Source of the DNA: Candidatus Latescibacterota bacterium
GTDB taxonomy: Bacteria > Latescibacterota > UBA2968 > UBA8231
DNA: 64,000 nucleotides
Assembly: GCA_965248355.1 (NCBI GenBank)
Contig: OZ252098.1
Span: 3,744,001 to 3,808,000 of the forward strand
Direction: 5' to 3'
The translations under genes and the position numbers were made by a program. The notes under the pieces were generated by a model, which ran no database searches, had not been told where the DNA came from, and saw nothing but the letters and a program-made list of their open reading frames with translations. Shown here one piece after another: positions 12,978-23,530 of the stretch. Numbering within the stretch: position 1 is the stretch's first letter; every line of letters begins with the position of its first letter.

Positions 12978-14321
12978 TTGCCCTCACCCGACTCATCCAC
13001 AATCGTTGCCGTCTCCACTCCCCGTGGACCAGGCGGGGTCGGACTGCTCCGCCTGAGTGGTATCCATGCCCTGCCAATCGGCAGGCGCGTTTTCCTCTCT
13101 CGACCGCGGCTACGGCGTCCCCGCTACGTCTACCTTGGACGTGTAGTGGACCGGCACCGGGAGCCCTTGGACACGGCCTTGGCATGGTATCTCAAGGGCC
13201 CGAAGTCGTACACCGGGGAAGATACTGTCGAGATCTCTACGCACGGCAGCGATGCCCTCCTCGAACTCGTGCTCGACGCGGCCATCCACCTTGGAGCACG
13301 GGTGGCCGAGCCGGGGGAGTTCACAAGACGCGCCTTCCTCAGTGGACGGATCGATCTGCTGCAGGCCGAGGCCGTGGTCGATCTGATCCTTGCCGGCAGC
13401 CGGAGTGGTCTCCAGGCCGCGTACGGAGCAGTGTCGGGCCGCTTGACCGAGGTGGTCGGCTCTCTGCGGGAGCGACTGACCCGGGCGCTGGTTCAGGTCG
13501 AGGCGGGACTGGACTTCGTCGAGGATGTGAGTCCCGACGAGCTGGAAGAGGTTGGTGGCATCGTGTCCGGCGCCATCGGTCAGGCCAAGGAGTTGGTGGA
13601 GACATTCGAAGGGGCCCGCCGCCGTCGAGACGGTTGGAAGGTCGCAATAGTGGGTCGACCGAATGCCGGCAAGTCCACCCTGCTGAACGCGATGCTGGGG
13701 GAGGACCGCTCCATCGTCGCCGAAGAACCGGGGACGACCCGGGACTGGGTGGAGGGATCGCTGATCTGGGAAGGGGAGATCATTCGCCTGGTCGACACAG
13801 CGGGTCTGCGGGTCGGGGCGGACCGAGTCGAAGCCGCCGCCGTGCGGAGATCGAGCCAGCAGGCGGCGGAGGCCGATGTCGTCGTCGCTGTCGTCGATGG
13901 GTCGGAAGACCGCATCGTCCCAACGGGGGAATTCTCGGATCCAGGGTGGAGAGCCACCATCGTGGTGGTGAGCAAGGCGGATCTGCCGCGTTTGGTGAGA
14001 GCGTCATCAGAGGCTGGTGCCATTGAGGTATCCGCTCATACGGGCGGTGGCCTGTCAGAGCTTCGGGCCCGGATTCTGTCGGCACTGCCGAAACGGGAGC
14101 CCTTCGACGGGGCCGGACTCCTGAGGGAACGCCACCACGAAGCCTTGTCCCATGCCCTGGCAGCGGCCGAAGCGGCCCTTCGGGATCTTTCTGTGGGCAA
14201 CCAGGAGTTGGCGGCAGCAAGGCTCCGCGAGGCGCTCCGGCGGGTTGGAGAGCTCCTCGGAGAATCCGTGGACGACGATGTGTTGGACAGGATCTTCCTG
14301 GAATTTTGCATCGGAAAGTGA
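12978..14321 (+). CDS. mnmE: tRNA modification GTPase MnmE
   Basis: PKSYTGED, GRPNAGKS, GTTRD, DTAG, terminal FCIGK. Confidence 0.96.
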   Translation: MPSPDSSTIVAVSTPRGPGGVGLLRLSGIHALPIGRRVFLSRPRLRRPRYVYLGRVVDRHREPLDTALAWYLKGPKSYTGEDTVEISTHGSDALLELVLDAAIHLGARVAEPGEFTRRAFLSGRIDLLQAEAVVDLILAGSRSGLQAAYGAVSGRLTEVVGSLRERLTRALVQVEAGLDFVEDVSPDELEEVGGIVSGAIGQAKELVETFEGARRRRDGWKVAIVGRPNAGKSTLLNAMLGEDRSIVAEEPGTTRDWVEGSLIWEGEIIRLVDTAGLRVGADRVEAAAVRRSSQQAAEADVVVAVVDGSEDRIVPTGEFSDPGWRATIVVVSKADLPRLVRASSEAGAIEVSAHTGGGLSELRARILSALPKREPFDGAGLLRERHHEALSHALAAAEAALRDLSVGNQELAAARLREALRRVGELLGESVDDDVLDRIFLEFCIGK

Positions 14322-14333
14322 GCACAGGGAGGC

Positions 14334-14349
14334 TGTTCCACGTGGAACG
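14334..14349. promoter_or_regulatory. parS: parS site
   Basis: TGTTCCACGTGGAACG; 14-bp core palindrome close to the parS consensus TGTTTCACGTGAAACA. Confidence 0.85.
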
Positions 14350-14387
14350 ACGGCCTTCGGTCCACGGGGGGAAAACCATCCGCGGGC

Positions 14388-14403
14388 TGTTCCACGTGGA
14401 ACA
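14388..14403. promoter_or_regulatory. parS: parS site
   Basis: Perfect palindrome TGTTCCACGTGGAACA. Confidence 0.9.
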
Positions 14404-14453
14404 GTTCACGGGGCCTGTTGTGCCGTCCTGCCGGTGGAAGCCTTGGCCTCCGA

Positions 14454-15074
14454 ATGCCTGAGAGCGGCCAAGGCTGCGGATTGGCCCTACTTCTGAAGGA
14501 CCTGTGTCTGGACATGACCAACAGGGAGCGGCAGGCGGCGGCCTCCGCCCTTCTGGGCTACCTGAGAATCCTGTGGCGTTGGAATGCCAAGCTGAATCTG
14601 GTGTCCGCGGTCGATCGGAATGCGGTCTGCGAAAGACATCTGATCCCGTCTCTTCGGCTGCGGCCGTCCATTCGCAAGGTGCGTCACGCAAACGTCCTCG
14701 ACGTGGGATCCGGGGCAGGGTTCCCGGGCATCCCTCTGGCGATCACGACGCCGGGGTCTCGGTTTACACTGGTCGAGAGCCGGCGCCGGAGGGCAGTCTT
14801 CCTGCGAGCGGTGATTCGCGAGCTCTCGCTGGAAAACACGAGGGTGGTCAATGAGCGAATCGAGGACTGGCGTCCGGGGATTCGTGCCGATGTCGCCTTG
14901 GCCAGATCTGTCGCAGATCCGGGCCGAGTCGCCGATCTGGTCGCACACGTCCTGGCTCACGACGGGTTCCTTCTGGTGACGCTCCCTCCGGCCGCTGGGT
15001 CAGAGCACAGTTCGGATGCGCAGTTCCCCAGCCGCCCCCGGCACACGCTCTGGCAGCCGTTCTTCCGACCTTGA
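14454..15074 (+). CDS. rsmG: 16S rRNA m7G527 methyltransferase RsmG (GidB)
   Basis: WNAKLNLVS, LDVGSGAGFPGIPLAI, LVES; start uncertain and C-terminus divergent. Confidence 0.88.
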   Translation: MPESGQGCGLALLLKDLCLDMTNRERQAAASALLGYLRILWRWNAKLNLVSAVDRNAVCERHLIPSLRLRPSIRKVRHANVLDVGSGAGFPGIPLAITTPGSRFTLVESRRRRAVFLRAVIRELSLENTRVVNERIEDWRPGIRADVALARSVADPGRVADLVAHVLAHDGFLLVTLPPAAGSEHSSDAQFPSRPRHTLWQPFFRP

Positions 15075-15083
15075 AGGTGGCTT

Positions 15084-15157
15084 TGTGGATATCTCCGTTG
15101 AAAAGAAAGAGGGCTCAGGGGCCTTTTCCACAGTCATCCACAAGCCCTGGTGGATAA
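15084..15157. promoter_or_regulatory. Cluster of DnaA boxes outside oriC
   Basis: TGTGGATAT 15084, TTTTCCACA 15124, TCATCCACA 15134, GGTGGATAA 15149; each 0-1 mismatch to TTWTNCACA. Confidence 0.75.
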
Positions 15158-15342
15158 CCAAAAACGCTCGGCCGGGGGTGCCCCTCCCCTTGGAAAATCT
15201 GGCACTTGGCCGATCTTCGTGGACAGTCGCCGAGAGGCTCTCCTTGGGTATCAACATCGGTGGAAAGGTGTGCCTTGCCGCCGTTTGCGGACCCCGCGTA
15301 TATTCCTACGCGATTCATTTACCCGTTGACCGAAGCGCCTCA

Positions 15343-15954
15343 TTGATCGTTTCTCAACTCCAGTCCGGCGTCAGGCGAGCGCTCCGACCGGTAGCCCAGC
15401 TCTTTATCCAGGTGGGTTTCCGCCCCGATTGGCTAACCATGCTCGGTCTGTTGCTGAACGTGGTCGCCACCGCGGCGTTCGCAATGGGGCAGTTGCGTTG
15501 GGGGGCGGCCATCATGCTTGTGGCAGGACTTTGTGATGTCCTCGATGGCCAAGTGGCCAGGGAGGGACGTAGCGAATCGAAGTTCGGCGCCTTGCTGGAC
15601 TCGACGACCGACCGCTACTCCGAGATCTTCCTCTATTTCGGGATTGGCGCTTACCTGATCCGCAGTGGGGAATGGGCCCTTAGCGGGATCCTGTTCTTCG
15701 CGCTCTCCGGGTCGCTGATGGTCAGCTACGTGCGGGCACGAGCCGAGGGATTGGGGGAGGACTGCAAGGTCGGCTTCATGCAGCGCCCGGAGCGCTTGGT
15801 TGCCATGGCGCTTGGCGGGCTCGTGGGCCACGAAGGCCTCGCCTTTGTTCTCGTTCTGCTCGCGGTGACGACCAACTATACGGTAATCGAGCGACTCGCC
15901 CATATCCGGAACAGGCTCAAGTCTCCTTCTCCCCCGTCCCATCCGGGCGCCTGA
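15343..15954 (+). CDS. CDP-alcohol phosphatidyltransferase (PgsA/PIP-synthase-like)
   Basis: DVLDGQVAR...GALLDSTTDRY motif, SYVRARAE, RPER; TTG start inferred. Confidence 0.88.
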   Translation: MIVSQLQSGVRRALRPVAQLFIQVGFRPDWLTMLGLLLNVVATAAFAMGQLRWGAAIMLVAGLCDVLDGQVAREGRSESKFGALLDSTTDRYSEIFLYFGIGAYLIRSGEWALSGILFFALSGSLMVSYVRARAEGLGEDCKVGFMQRPERLVAMALGGLVGHEGLAFVLVLLAVTTNYTVIERLAHIRNRLKSPSPPSHPGA

Positions 15955-16022
15955 AGGCCCATGCCGCTTATGGGCCGCATATCTACCACTTACTTCCGGA
16001 GATCAGTTGGTTCTCCTGGTTC

Positions 16023-16664
16023 ATGAGGTCACCACTATTCGTCGTCTTCGAAGGGCCCGACGGTTCCGGCACGAGCACCCAATGCCAGATCCTGTGCGAC
16101 CGGCTGCGCTCGCAGGGGCACGAGATCGTCCAGACCCGTGAGCCGGGGGGCACGGAGGCGGGCGAGCGAATCAGGTCGTTGGTCCTCGATCGGAGATTGG
16201 AGAACCTGGATGATGTCGCCGAACTCCTCCTATACGCCGCGAGCCGCAGACAGCACTTGCATCAGCTCATAGAACCGACCCTGGCGGCGGGGAAGCCAGT
16301 GATAAGCGATCGATATGCGGCATCCTCCCTCGCCTATCAGGGCGCGGGGAGAGGCCTGGGCCCTGAGCTTGTCTCGGTTGTGAACGAGCTCGCAACCCGT
16401 GGACGGGAGCCCGACGCTACCGTGTTCCTGGATCTCCCTCTTCGGCAGGCCGGCCAGCGGCGGATCAATCGAGGGGGCCGAGCGGACCGGATCGAGGCGG
16501 CGGGGAACACTCTGCAGAAACGTGTAAGCCTCGCCTACCGTCAGTTGGCGAAGAGGGATCCGGATCGGAGCTTGTTGCTGGATGCCAGTCCGGGGGTCGA
16601 GGAAGTGGCGGCCTGCATAGAGAGGGATCTGGCCTCCCGCTTTCCGACCTTTCCCTATGGATGA
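16023..16664 (+). CDS. tmk: Thymidylate kinase
   Basis: FEGPDGSGTST, TREPGGT, SDRY..SSLAYQG. Confidence 0.94.
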   Translation: MRSPLFVVFEGPDGSGTSTQCQILCDRLRSQGHEIVQTREPGGTEAGERIRSLVLDRRLENLDDVAELLLYAASRRQHLHQLIEPTLAAGKPVISDRYAASSLAYQGAGRGLGPELVSVVNELATRGREPDATVFLDLPLRQAGQRRINRGGRADRIEAAGNTLQKRVSLAYRQLAKRDPDRSLLLDASPGVEEVAACIERDLASRFPTFPYG

Positions 16665-18553
16665 CTAGGCGATCGATGAGACAGTCACGCGCGACTGCGG
16701 CCGGCATCGGAGCTACACTTACTGCCGCATTTAGCACGCTGATTGGGCAAATCACTCCCGTACACGGTGATCGGAATGATCCCTATGAGTCTATCAACGA
16801 CAGCTGGGATCGGTTCGGGGCGGTGTACGGCCGAGTGATCCAGCACTACTACGATCCGGTGGATCACAGTGCCATCATGAGGGCCGCCATCGAAGGAATG
16901 CTGAGGGAACTGGATCCCTATTCCCAGTACTTCGACGAGGAGGGGTTGCGCCAGCTTCGCCAGGACACGACCGGGCGTTTCGCTGGTCTTGGGATCACGG
17001 TCGGAATGATGGACGAGACGCCGGTGGTGATCGCCCCGATCGAGGGCACGCCGGCTGATCGAGCCGGGCTGCTCCCCGGCGACCGGATCGTGGCCATCGA
17101 AGGCGGGAAGACCTTCGGCCGGTCACTGGAAGAAGTGGTCACGGAACTGCGCGGAGAACCGGGGACCTCGGTACGGATCACCATCCATCGGCGGGGGGTG
17201 CTGCCAAACCGGGAGGTGGTCATCGTCCGAGAGATGATCAAGATCCGCAGTGTCGCGGTGGCCGAGGAAATCCTCCCGGGGATCGGGTATATCAGCATGC
17301 GCCAGACCCGGTTTTCGGAGGAGACATCCACGGAGATGGAGGCCGCCCTCGAGCAACTGTTGGCCGCGGGCGTGGGGGGCCTGATTCTGGACCTCAGGGG
17401 TAACCCGGGGGGATTGCTCAGCCAGGCGACGGAGGTGGCCGATCTGTTTCTCCCGAGGGGAGCCCCGATCGTCTCCGTGCGCGAACGTTCCGGGCGGCGG
17501 GAGGAGACCAAGCGCTCTGAGCGCCGCCCCCCGGTCCCGCAGCTACCCCTCGTCATCCTGCTCGATGGGGGCAGCGCCAGCGCAGCGGAGATCGTCGCCG
17601 GAGCGGTGCAGGACAATGGCCGCGGGATCGTTGTCGGGACGACCTCTTTCGGCAAGGGCTCGGTGCAGACGATCTTCGATCTCCGCGATCAGCAGCGTGC
17701 TGCCCTGAAGCTGACGACGGCGCTGTATTTCACCCCGAGCGGGCGCAGCATCCACAGGGAGTCGTTGACGCCGGGGGTGCAGCAGGTTCCGTTCGGAGAT
17801 GTCAGCCTGCCAGCTGGCCAGTTGCTGTCCGTTGTGGTCACTTCTCCAGGCATCGATGTCGCGAGAGATCGCCTTCAAGCCCGGTTCGATCTGGACGAAT
17901 CCCTGTCCCGACAAATCCTCCAGACGAGACTCGGGGATCTCGCAGGCCGGGTCTCGGCAAGCATTGACAGCGATCTTGTGGAGGAGACGCCGTCTGGCAC
18001 GAATGTCGGCCCGATCGTGCACCGCAGCGGGGGGATCAAGCCGGACCTGGTCGTCGAGGGCCACGTCTCCCCACCCTACATCCAGGAGTTGCGCCGCCAC
18101 AGGGTCTTCTTCGACTTCGTCGTGGACTACGTCGGCCGGACGGCCGAACGGGGGGACGGCCCCTCGCCGACGGAGGTGGACGAGGCCATGCTGGCGGCCT
18201 TTCGGGAGTATGTGCCTGGCTCGCCGGCGGGCGAGGCCCGCCGGCGGAGGTTCCGGGAATCCTTGGAGGGGCTGCGGCAGTTGGCCGAAGAGTCCGGCGG
18301 GAACGTCGGCATCCAGACGCGGATCGACAGCTTGGAACTGGCCATCCGGCGCCAGGCAGAGGTCGTTCTTCTATCGGCGGACCTGGAGGGGTACTTACGC
18401 ACCGAACTGCGGCAGGAGCTCGCCCTGCGCCTCGATGGGCGCAAGGCCAGCCTCTTGGTGGCTCTGAAAGGAGATCCCCAAGTGATGGCCGCGGTGACTC
18501 TGCTGCAAGATCCAGCCGAGTACGATCGCGTCCTGTCCGGTGGATCGCAGTGA
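16661..18553 (+). CDS. ctpA: C-terminal processing S41 peptidase with PDZ domain
   Basis: LDPYS, PDZ, DLRGNPGGLL, SASAAEIVAG, FGKGSVQ. Confidence 0.92.
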   Translation: MTRRSMRQSRATAAGIGATLTAAFSTLIGQITPVHGDRNDPYESINDSWDRFGAVYGRVIQHYYDPVDHSAIMRAAIEGMLRELDPYSQYFDEEGLRQLRQDTTGRFAGLGITVGMMDETPVVIAPIEGTPADRAGLLPGDRIVAIEGGKTFGRSLEEVVTELRGEPGTSVRITIHRRGVLPNREVVIVREMIKIRSVAVAEEILPGIGYISMRQTRFSEETSTEMEAALEQLLAAGVGGLILDLRGNPGGLLSQATEVADLFLPRGAPIVSVRERSGRREETKRSERRPPVPQLPLVILLDGGSASAAEIVAGAVQDNGRGIVVGTTSFGKGSVQTIFDLRDQQRAALKLTTALYFTPSGRSIHRESLTPGVQQVPFGDVSLPAGQLLSVVVTSPGIDVARDRLQARFDLDESLSRQILQTRLGDLAGRVSASIDSDLVEETPSGTNVGPIVHRSGGIKPDLVVEGHVSPPYIQELRRHRVFFDFVVDYVGRTAERGDGPSPTEVDEAMLAAFREYVPGSPAGEARRRRFRESLEGLRQLAEESGGNVGIQTRIDSLELAIRRQAEVVLLSADLEGYLRTELRQELALRLDGRKASLLVALKGDPQVMAAVTLLQDPAEYDRVLSGGSQ

Positions 18554-18706
18554 GGCTGCATGCAATTCCGTCCCACCGGCCCGGGAACGCGCCGTATCCC
18601 GGAGGTCGCTTTCTGAGACCTGCCGAGGCCGTTCGCGGCTCCCAGGTCCGGTGGCCGACTCATCTAAGCATATTCGTGGGACCTATGTCCCTCTAGTGGA
18701 GTGAGA

Positions 18707-20227
18707 ATGGGCACAGAGATCTATATCAACCAAGGAGTACACGAGTCTCGCATCGCCATCGTCGAGGAGGGTGAACTCGCCGAGATTTGGGTGGAACGCC
18801 CGGAAGCGGAGCGCATGGTCGGAGATGTCTACAAGGGAAGAGTGACGGCCGTCTTGCCGAGCCTGCAGGCGGCTTTCGTCGACATCGGGCAGGAGCGAAC
18901 CGCCTTCCTTCAGGTGCGGGACCTTGTGGAAGCAGAGAACGAAGAGGAGGACGGAGGGCGCCGGAACGGCCGGCGGCCGCGCCAGTATCCGCCGATCCAG
19001 GATCTGGTCAAAAAGGGCCAGGAGCTGCTCGTGCAGATCACGAAGGAGCCCATCGGCACCAAGGGGGCCCGTATCACCACGCAACTGGCCTTGGCTGGCC
19101 GCTTCGTCGTGCTCATGGCGAACGGTGACTGGGTGGGCGTTTCTCGCAAGATCAACAACTCGAGCGAACGGCACCGGGTGCGGGAGGCGGTACGCAAGCT
19201 GCTGCCGGAGGGGTTCTCCGTCATCGTGCGCACCGAAGGGCGTGGCCAGCAGGAGAAGGATTTCCGGCGCGATCTGAAGCAGCTGCAGCGAGCCTATCGA
19301 CGCTTGCAGAAGAAGGCCAAGCGCGCGGAAGCCCCGGCCCTGGTGCACCAGGAGCTGGGTATGACCTCGAGTGTAATCCGTGATCTCTTCACGGATAACG
19401 TCGACCGCCTGGTCGTGGACTCGCGAGAGCTGTATCGAGAGATCATCGAATACCTGAAGAGCGTTTCCCCCAAATTGCGGGAGCGGGTAGAGCTCCATCG
19501 GGACAAGAAACCCATCTTCGACCACTTCAAAGTGGAAAAGGAAATGGAGAAGGTCACGGATCGGGAGGTTCGCATGCACAAGGGCGGCTCCCTGGTCATC
19601 GACCATGCGGAAGCCGGCACCTTCATAGACGTGAACTCGGCGCGGAACAGCGGCAAGCGCGATCAGGAGGCGGGCATCCTGCACACCAACCTGGAAGCGG
19701 CCAGGGAAGTGGCGCGCCAACTGCGCCTGCGGGACATCGGGGGCATCATCGTCATCGATTTCATCGACATGCATGAAGAGCGCAACCGGAAGAAGCTCGT
19801 CGATGCCATGGTCGAGCAGGTGCGCAGGGATCGCGCCAGGGTGTCCATCAGTCCCCAGATCTCGGAGTTTGGCCTGATCGAGATGACGCGCCAGCGGGTG
19901 CGCCCAAACCTGCTGCATACCCAGTCGGAGCCGTGCCCGCTGTGCGCCGGGACCGGCCGGGTGATGGGACCCGACACGACGATCACCAAGATCGAGCGGT
20001 GGTTGCGGCGGGCCTATGCCGGCAACGGGGACCGGCGCTTCCGACTCCGTGTCCACCCCGACGTGGCCACCTACATGAGATCCGACAACGGCGGACGTCT
20101 GAAGGACATGCGCAAGGCCACCAAGGCCCGCATCGACATCGAGGAGGACACGGAGATGACCCCGCAGGAATACCGGTTCTACTCGGTCAAGCGCCACCTC
20201 GACGTGACCGCCGAGTACCGCAACTGA
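18707..20227 (+). CDS. Rne/Rng family ribonuclease (RNase G-like)
   Basis: S1 domain GDVYKGRV..AAFVDIG, IDVNS, QLRLRDIGGIIVIDFIDM, CPLCAGTG. Confidence 0.93.
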   Translation: MGTEIYINQGVHESRIAIVEEGELAEIWVERPEAERMVGDVYKGRVTAVLPSLQAAFVDIGQERTAFLQVRDLVEAENEEEDGGRRNGRRPRQYPPIQDLVKKGQELLVQITKEPIGTKGARITTQLALAGRFVVLMANGDWVGVSRKINNSSERHRVREAVRKLLPEGFSVIVRTEGRGQQEKDFRRDLKQLQRAYRRLQKKAKRAEAPALVHQELGMTSSVIRDLFTDNVDRLVVDSRELYREIIEYLKSVSPKLRERVELHRDKKPIFDHFKVEKEMEKVTDREVRMHKGGSLVIDHAEAGTFIDVNSARNSGKRDQEAGILHTNLEAAREVARQLRLRDIGGIIVIDFIDMHEERNRKKLVDAMVEQVRRDRARVSISPQISEFGLIEMTRQRVRPNLLHTQSEPCPLCAGTGRVMGPDTTITKIERWLRRAYAGNGDRRFRLRVHPDVATYMRSDNGGRLKDMRKATKARIDIEEDTEMTPQEYRFYSVKRHLDVTAEYRN

Positions 20228-20256
20228 AAGGGGATGTCCCCTCCTCCATTGGGGAA

Positions 20257-20285
20257 TTGACAGATCGGGAACCTGCCGTTACGTT
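20257..20285 (+). promoter_or_regulatory. sigma70 promoter of rplU-rpmA
   Basis: TTGACA-17 bp-TACGTT, then SD ggagga. Confidence 0.7.
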
Positions 20286-20309
20286 CTCTGGTTCACTGGA
20301 GGAAGGGCC

Positions 20310-20627
20310 TTGTACGCTGTTGTGGACATCGCCGGTCAGCAGGTTCGGGTGGAGAAGGGCGCTGTCGTCCGCGTCCCCCGCCTGGATCTTGAGGAGGGAG
20401 CCAAGCAGGTCCTCCCGGAGGTTCTGCTTGTGCGCAACGATAGCGGCACGCGCGTGGGCAGCCCACATGTTCAGGGTGCCTCCGTGGAGGCCACCGTCCT
20501 CGGTCACGGACGGGGTGAAAAGATCGTCGTCTTCAAGATCAAACGTCGGAAGAACTACCGACGGCGCAACGGACATCGGCAGGACTATACCGAGCTCAAA
20601 ATCGACGGCATTGTTGCCCCGAACTGA
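20310..20627 (+). CDS. rplU: 50S ribosomal protein L21
   Basis: [25 protein letters not shown]. Confidence 0.96.
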   Translation: MYAVVDIAGQQVRVEKGAVVRVPRLDLEEGAKQVLPEVLLVRNDSGTRVGSPHVQGASVEATVLGHGRGEKIVVFKIKRRKNYRRRNGHRQDYTELKIDGIVAPN

Positions 20628-20638
20628 CGGATCCCGGC

Positions 20639-20899
20639 ATGGCACACAAGAAAGGCGTCGGCAGTTCCCGCAACGGTCGCGACAGCAACTCGAAACGCCT
20701 GGGCGTCAAGAGGGCCGGCGGCCAGACCGTTCACGCAGGGACGATCATCCTTCGCCAGCGTGGTACCCGCATTCACCCGGGTCAGAACGTGCGCAAGGGT
20801 AGCGACGACACACTGTTTGCCTGCGTGGACGGCCGCGTCGTGTTCGAGACGGCGGGCCGGCGGCGCAAGCGAGTTCGCATCGAGCCCGTCAGCGGCTGA
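20639..20899 (+). CDS. rpmA: 50S ribosomal protein L27
   Basis: [16 protein letters not shown]...RQRGT. Confidence 0.98.
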   Translation: MAHKKGVGSSRNGRDSNSKRLGVKRAGGQTVHAGTIILRQRGTRIHPGQNVRKGSDDTLFACVDGRVVFETAGRRRKRVRIEPVSG

Positions 20900-21052
20900 T
20901 TCAAGCCGTGCCCGACGGCCACCGGTCGCGATTCCCGTGAGTGGGGCCGCTCGTCTTCCAGGCGGTTCCTGCGGCCGGGGTGGACTTGGCGGCGGGGAGG
21001 AACCCGGCAGGCTCGTAACAGGTTCCGTCGTTTCGGAATCCTTCCTTCCGTT

Positions 21053-22771
21053 ATGAACATCTCCTCGCACGACATCCTCATCATCGGGGGCGGGGCGGCG
21101 GGTCTGCGCGCCGCCATCAGCGCCGTGGAGGCCGACCCCGACATCCACGTCGGCCTGGTATCCAAGGTCTATCCCATGCGCTCCCACACGGTTTCGGCCG
21201 AGGGGGGGGCCGCGGCGGTGGTCCGGGAGGAGGACAGCCTGGACTCTCACGCCTACGACACAATCAAGGGATCGGATTTCCTCGCCGATCAGGATGTGGT
21301 CGAAGCCTTCGTTGCCGGGGCACCCGGGGAACTCATACAGCTCGAGCACTGGGGATGTCCGTGGAGCCGCGAGCCCGATGGCGGCGTCAGCGTCCGCGCC
21401 TTCGGCGGCATGAGCACGAAGCGCACGCTATACGCCGCTGACAAGACCGGCTTTCACATGCTGCACGCGTTGTTCCAGACGTCCCTGAAATACAGTCGCA
21501 TCCATCGCTATGACGAGTGGTACGTCACCTCTTTGCTCGTCGATGAAGGCAGGGTGAGCGGTGTCGCCGCCCTCAGCCTCCACCATGGCGGCCTGCACGC
21601 CCTTCCAGCCCGGGCCGTCATCGTGTGCACGGGGGGGGGAGGCCGGGTCTTCCCCTTCACGACGAATGCCGCTATCAAGACCGGCGACGGCATGTCCATG
21701 GCCTATCGAGCCGGCTGTCCGTTGAAGGACATGGAATTCGTCCAGTACCATCCGACGGGATTGCCCGTGACCGGCATCCTGATGACGGAAGCCTCCCGGG
21801 GGGAGGGGGGTTACCTGATCAACAGCGAGGGGGACCGCTATCTGAGCGATTACGTGCCTGGCAAGATGGAGCTCGGACCTCGCGACATCCTTTCCCGTGC
21901 TTTCGTCCACGAAATGAGGGCCGGGCGCGTGTTTGAAGGTGAGCACGGGCAGTACGTGCATCTGGACCTGCGCCACTTGGGCGAGAAGGCCATCGATGAG
22001 AAGCTGCCTTTCGTACGAGAGCTGACTCGCAGCTATGTCGGGATCGACCCTGTCTACGATCCGATTCCGGTGCGCCCCGTCGTCCACTACATGATGGGTG
22101 GCGTACACACCGACATCGACGGCGCCACCCCCGTGGCCGGCCTGTACGCCGCCGGAGAGACGGCCAGCGTGAGCCTGAACGGTGCCAACCGCCTGGGTTC
22201 CAACTCGCTGACAGAGTGCTTGGTCTTCGGTGCCCGCGCCGGACTGGCTGCCGGGCGGTTTGCCAAGGAGCATGGGCAATCCAAGTCTCAGGTGCTGAAG
22301 GCCCTGGCCCGTGACGAGGAGGAGCGCATCCGGTCCACCCTGCTGAGTGGCGACAATGGTCGCACCGAAAAGATCAGCCAGATCCGCTCCGACTTGCAGA
22401 GCGCGATGGAGGCAGGCGCCGGGATCTACCGCACGGCCGAGGAGCTGACCATCGCCTGCGAGCAGATTCGCGATCTCAAGGAGCGCTACCGGCGGGTGCG
22501 CATCGACGATCATTCCCTGGTCTTCAACACCCAGTTGACCACCGCCATCGAAGTCGGGTGCATGCTTGACGTGGCCGAATCCCTGGCCCATTCCGCCCTG
22601 TTGCGAGAGGAATCCCGGGGCTCCCATGCCCGTTCTGACCACGAGGCGCGGGACGACGGGCGCTTTCTGGCCCACTCCCTGGCCTACCGCGACGACGATG
22701 GCGGAGACCCGAGGATCGAGTACCTTCCGGCCACCATCACCCGCTGGCAGCCAGAGGAACGCAATTACTAG
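21053..22771 (+). CDS. frdA: Fumarate reductase/succinate dehydrogenase flavoprotein
   Basis: [16 protein letters not shown] (covalent-FAD His), [16 protein letters not shown]. Confidence 0.9.
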   Translation: MNISSHDILIIGGGAAGLRAAISAVEADPDIHVGLVSKVYPMRSHTVSAEGGAAAVVREEDSLDSHAYDTIKGSDFLADQDVVEAFVAGAPGELIQLEHWGCPWSREPDGGVSVRAFGGMSTKRTLYAADKTGFHMLHALFQTSLKYSRIHRYDEWYVTSLLVDEGRVSGVAALSLHHGGLHALPARAVIVCTGGGGRVFPFTTNAAIKTGDGMSMAYRAGCPLKDMEFVQYHPTGLPVTGILMTEASRGEGGYLINSEGDRYLSDYVPGKMELGPRDILSRAFVHEMRAGRVFEGEHGQYVHLDLRHLGEKAIDEKLPFVRELTRSYVGIDPVYDPIPVRPVVHYMMGGVHTDIDGATPVAGLYAAGETASVSLNGANRLGSNSLTECLVFGARAGLAAGRFAKEHGQSKSQVLKALARDEEERIRSTLLSGDNGRTEKISQIRSDLQSAMEAGAGIYRTAEELTIACEQIRDLKERYRRVRIDDHSLVFNTQLTTAIEVGCMLDVAESLAHSALLREESRGSHARSDHEARDDGRFLAHSLAYRDDDGGDPRIEYLPATITRWQPEERNY

Positions 22772-23518
22772 ATGAACGAGGCTACGATCACCCTGTCCGT
22801 CACGCGTTACAACCCCGAGGTGGATGAGAGACCCTCGACCCAGGACTACCGGATCCCCTATCGGGAAGAGTGGGTTGTTCTGGATGCCCTCAACCACATC
22901 AAGGACGAGGTCGACGAATCCCTGTCCTACCGATGGTCGTGCCGGATGGGCGTTTGCGGCAGCTGTGGAATGATGGTCAATGGCGAACCCAAGCTGACGT
23001 GCGCCACCTTCTTGCGCGACTACTATCCGGATCCGATACGCGTCGAGCCTCTGGCCAACTTCGGAATCATCCGCGATCTGGTGATCGACATGGACGATTT
23101 CATGGACAAGCTCAAGGCCGTAAAGCCCTGGATCGTGCGCGAGGAGGAGAAGCCCGTCGCCGCCGGCGAGTACCTGCAGTCACCGGAGGAACTGAAGGAA
23201 TACAAGCAGTTCAGCATGTGCATCAACTGCATGCTTTGCTATTCCGCCTGCCCGGTCTACGGACGAGAACAAGAGTTCATCGGTCCGGCGGCGTTGGCCC
23301 TGGCCCACCGCTACAACCTGGACAGTCGCGACCAAGGCAACGAGGAACGGGCTGAGGCCGTGGCTTCGAGCCAGGGGATCTGGGAGTGCACCTTTGTCGG
23401 GGAGTGCTCGGAGGTCTGCCCGAAGGACGTCGATCCCGCGGCGGCCATACAGCGCACGAAGGTGGCCTCCACTCAGAACTGGCTCAAGTCGATCCTGATG
23501 CCCTTCGGGGGTAGATAG
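22772..23518 (+). CDS. frdB: Fumarate reductase Fe-S subunit
   Basis: [34 protein letters not shown]. Confidence 0.92.
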   Translation: MNEATITLSVTRYNPEVDERPSTQDYRIPYREEWVVLDALNHIKDEVDESLSYRWSCRMGVCGSCGMMVNGEPKLTCATFLRDYYPDPIRVEPLANFGIIRDLVIDMDDFMDKLKAVKPWIVREEEKPVAAGEYLQSPEELKEYKQFSMCINCMLCYSACPVYGREQEFIGPAALALAHRYNLDSRDQGNEERAEAVASSQGIWECTFVGECSEVCPKDVDPAAAIQRTKVASTQNWLKSILMPFGGR

Positions 23519-23530
23519 CGGGAAGCGAAT

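Noticed and set aside
15016..15342. N-terminal extension of the phosphatidyltransferase ORF
   Set aside because: Overlaps rsmG and the DnaA-box cluster; family-like sequence begins only near 15343.
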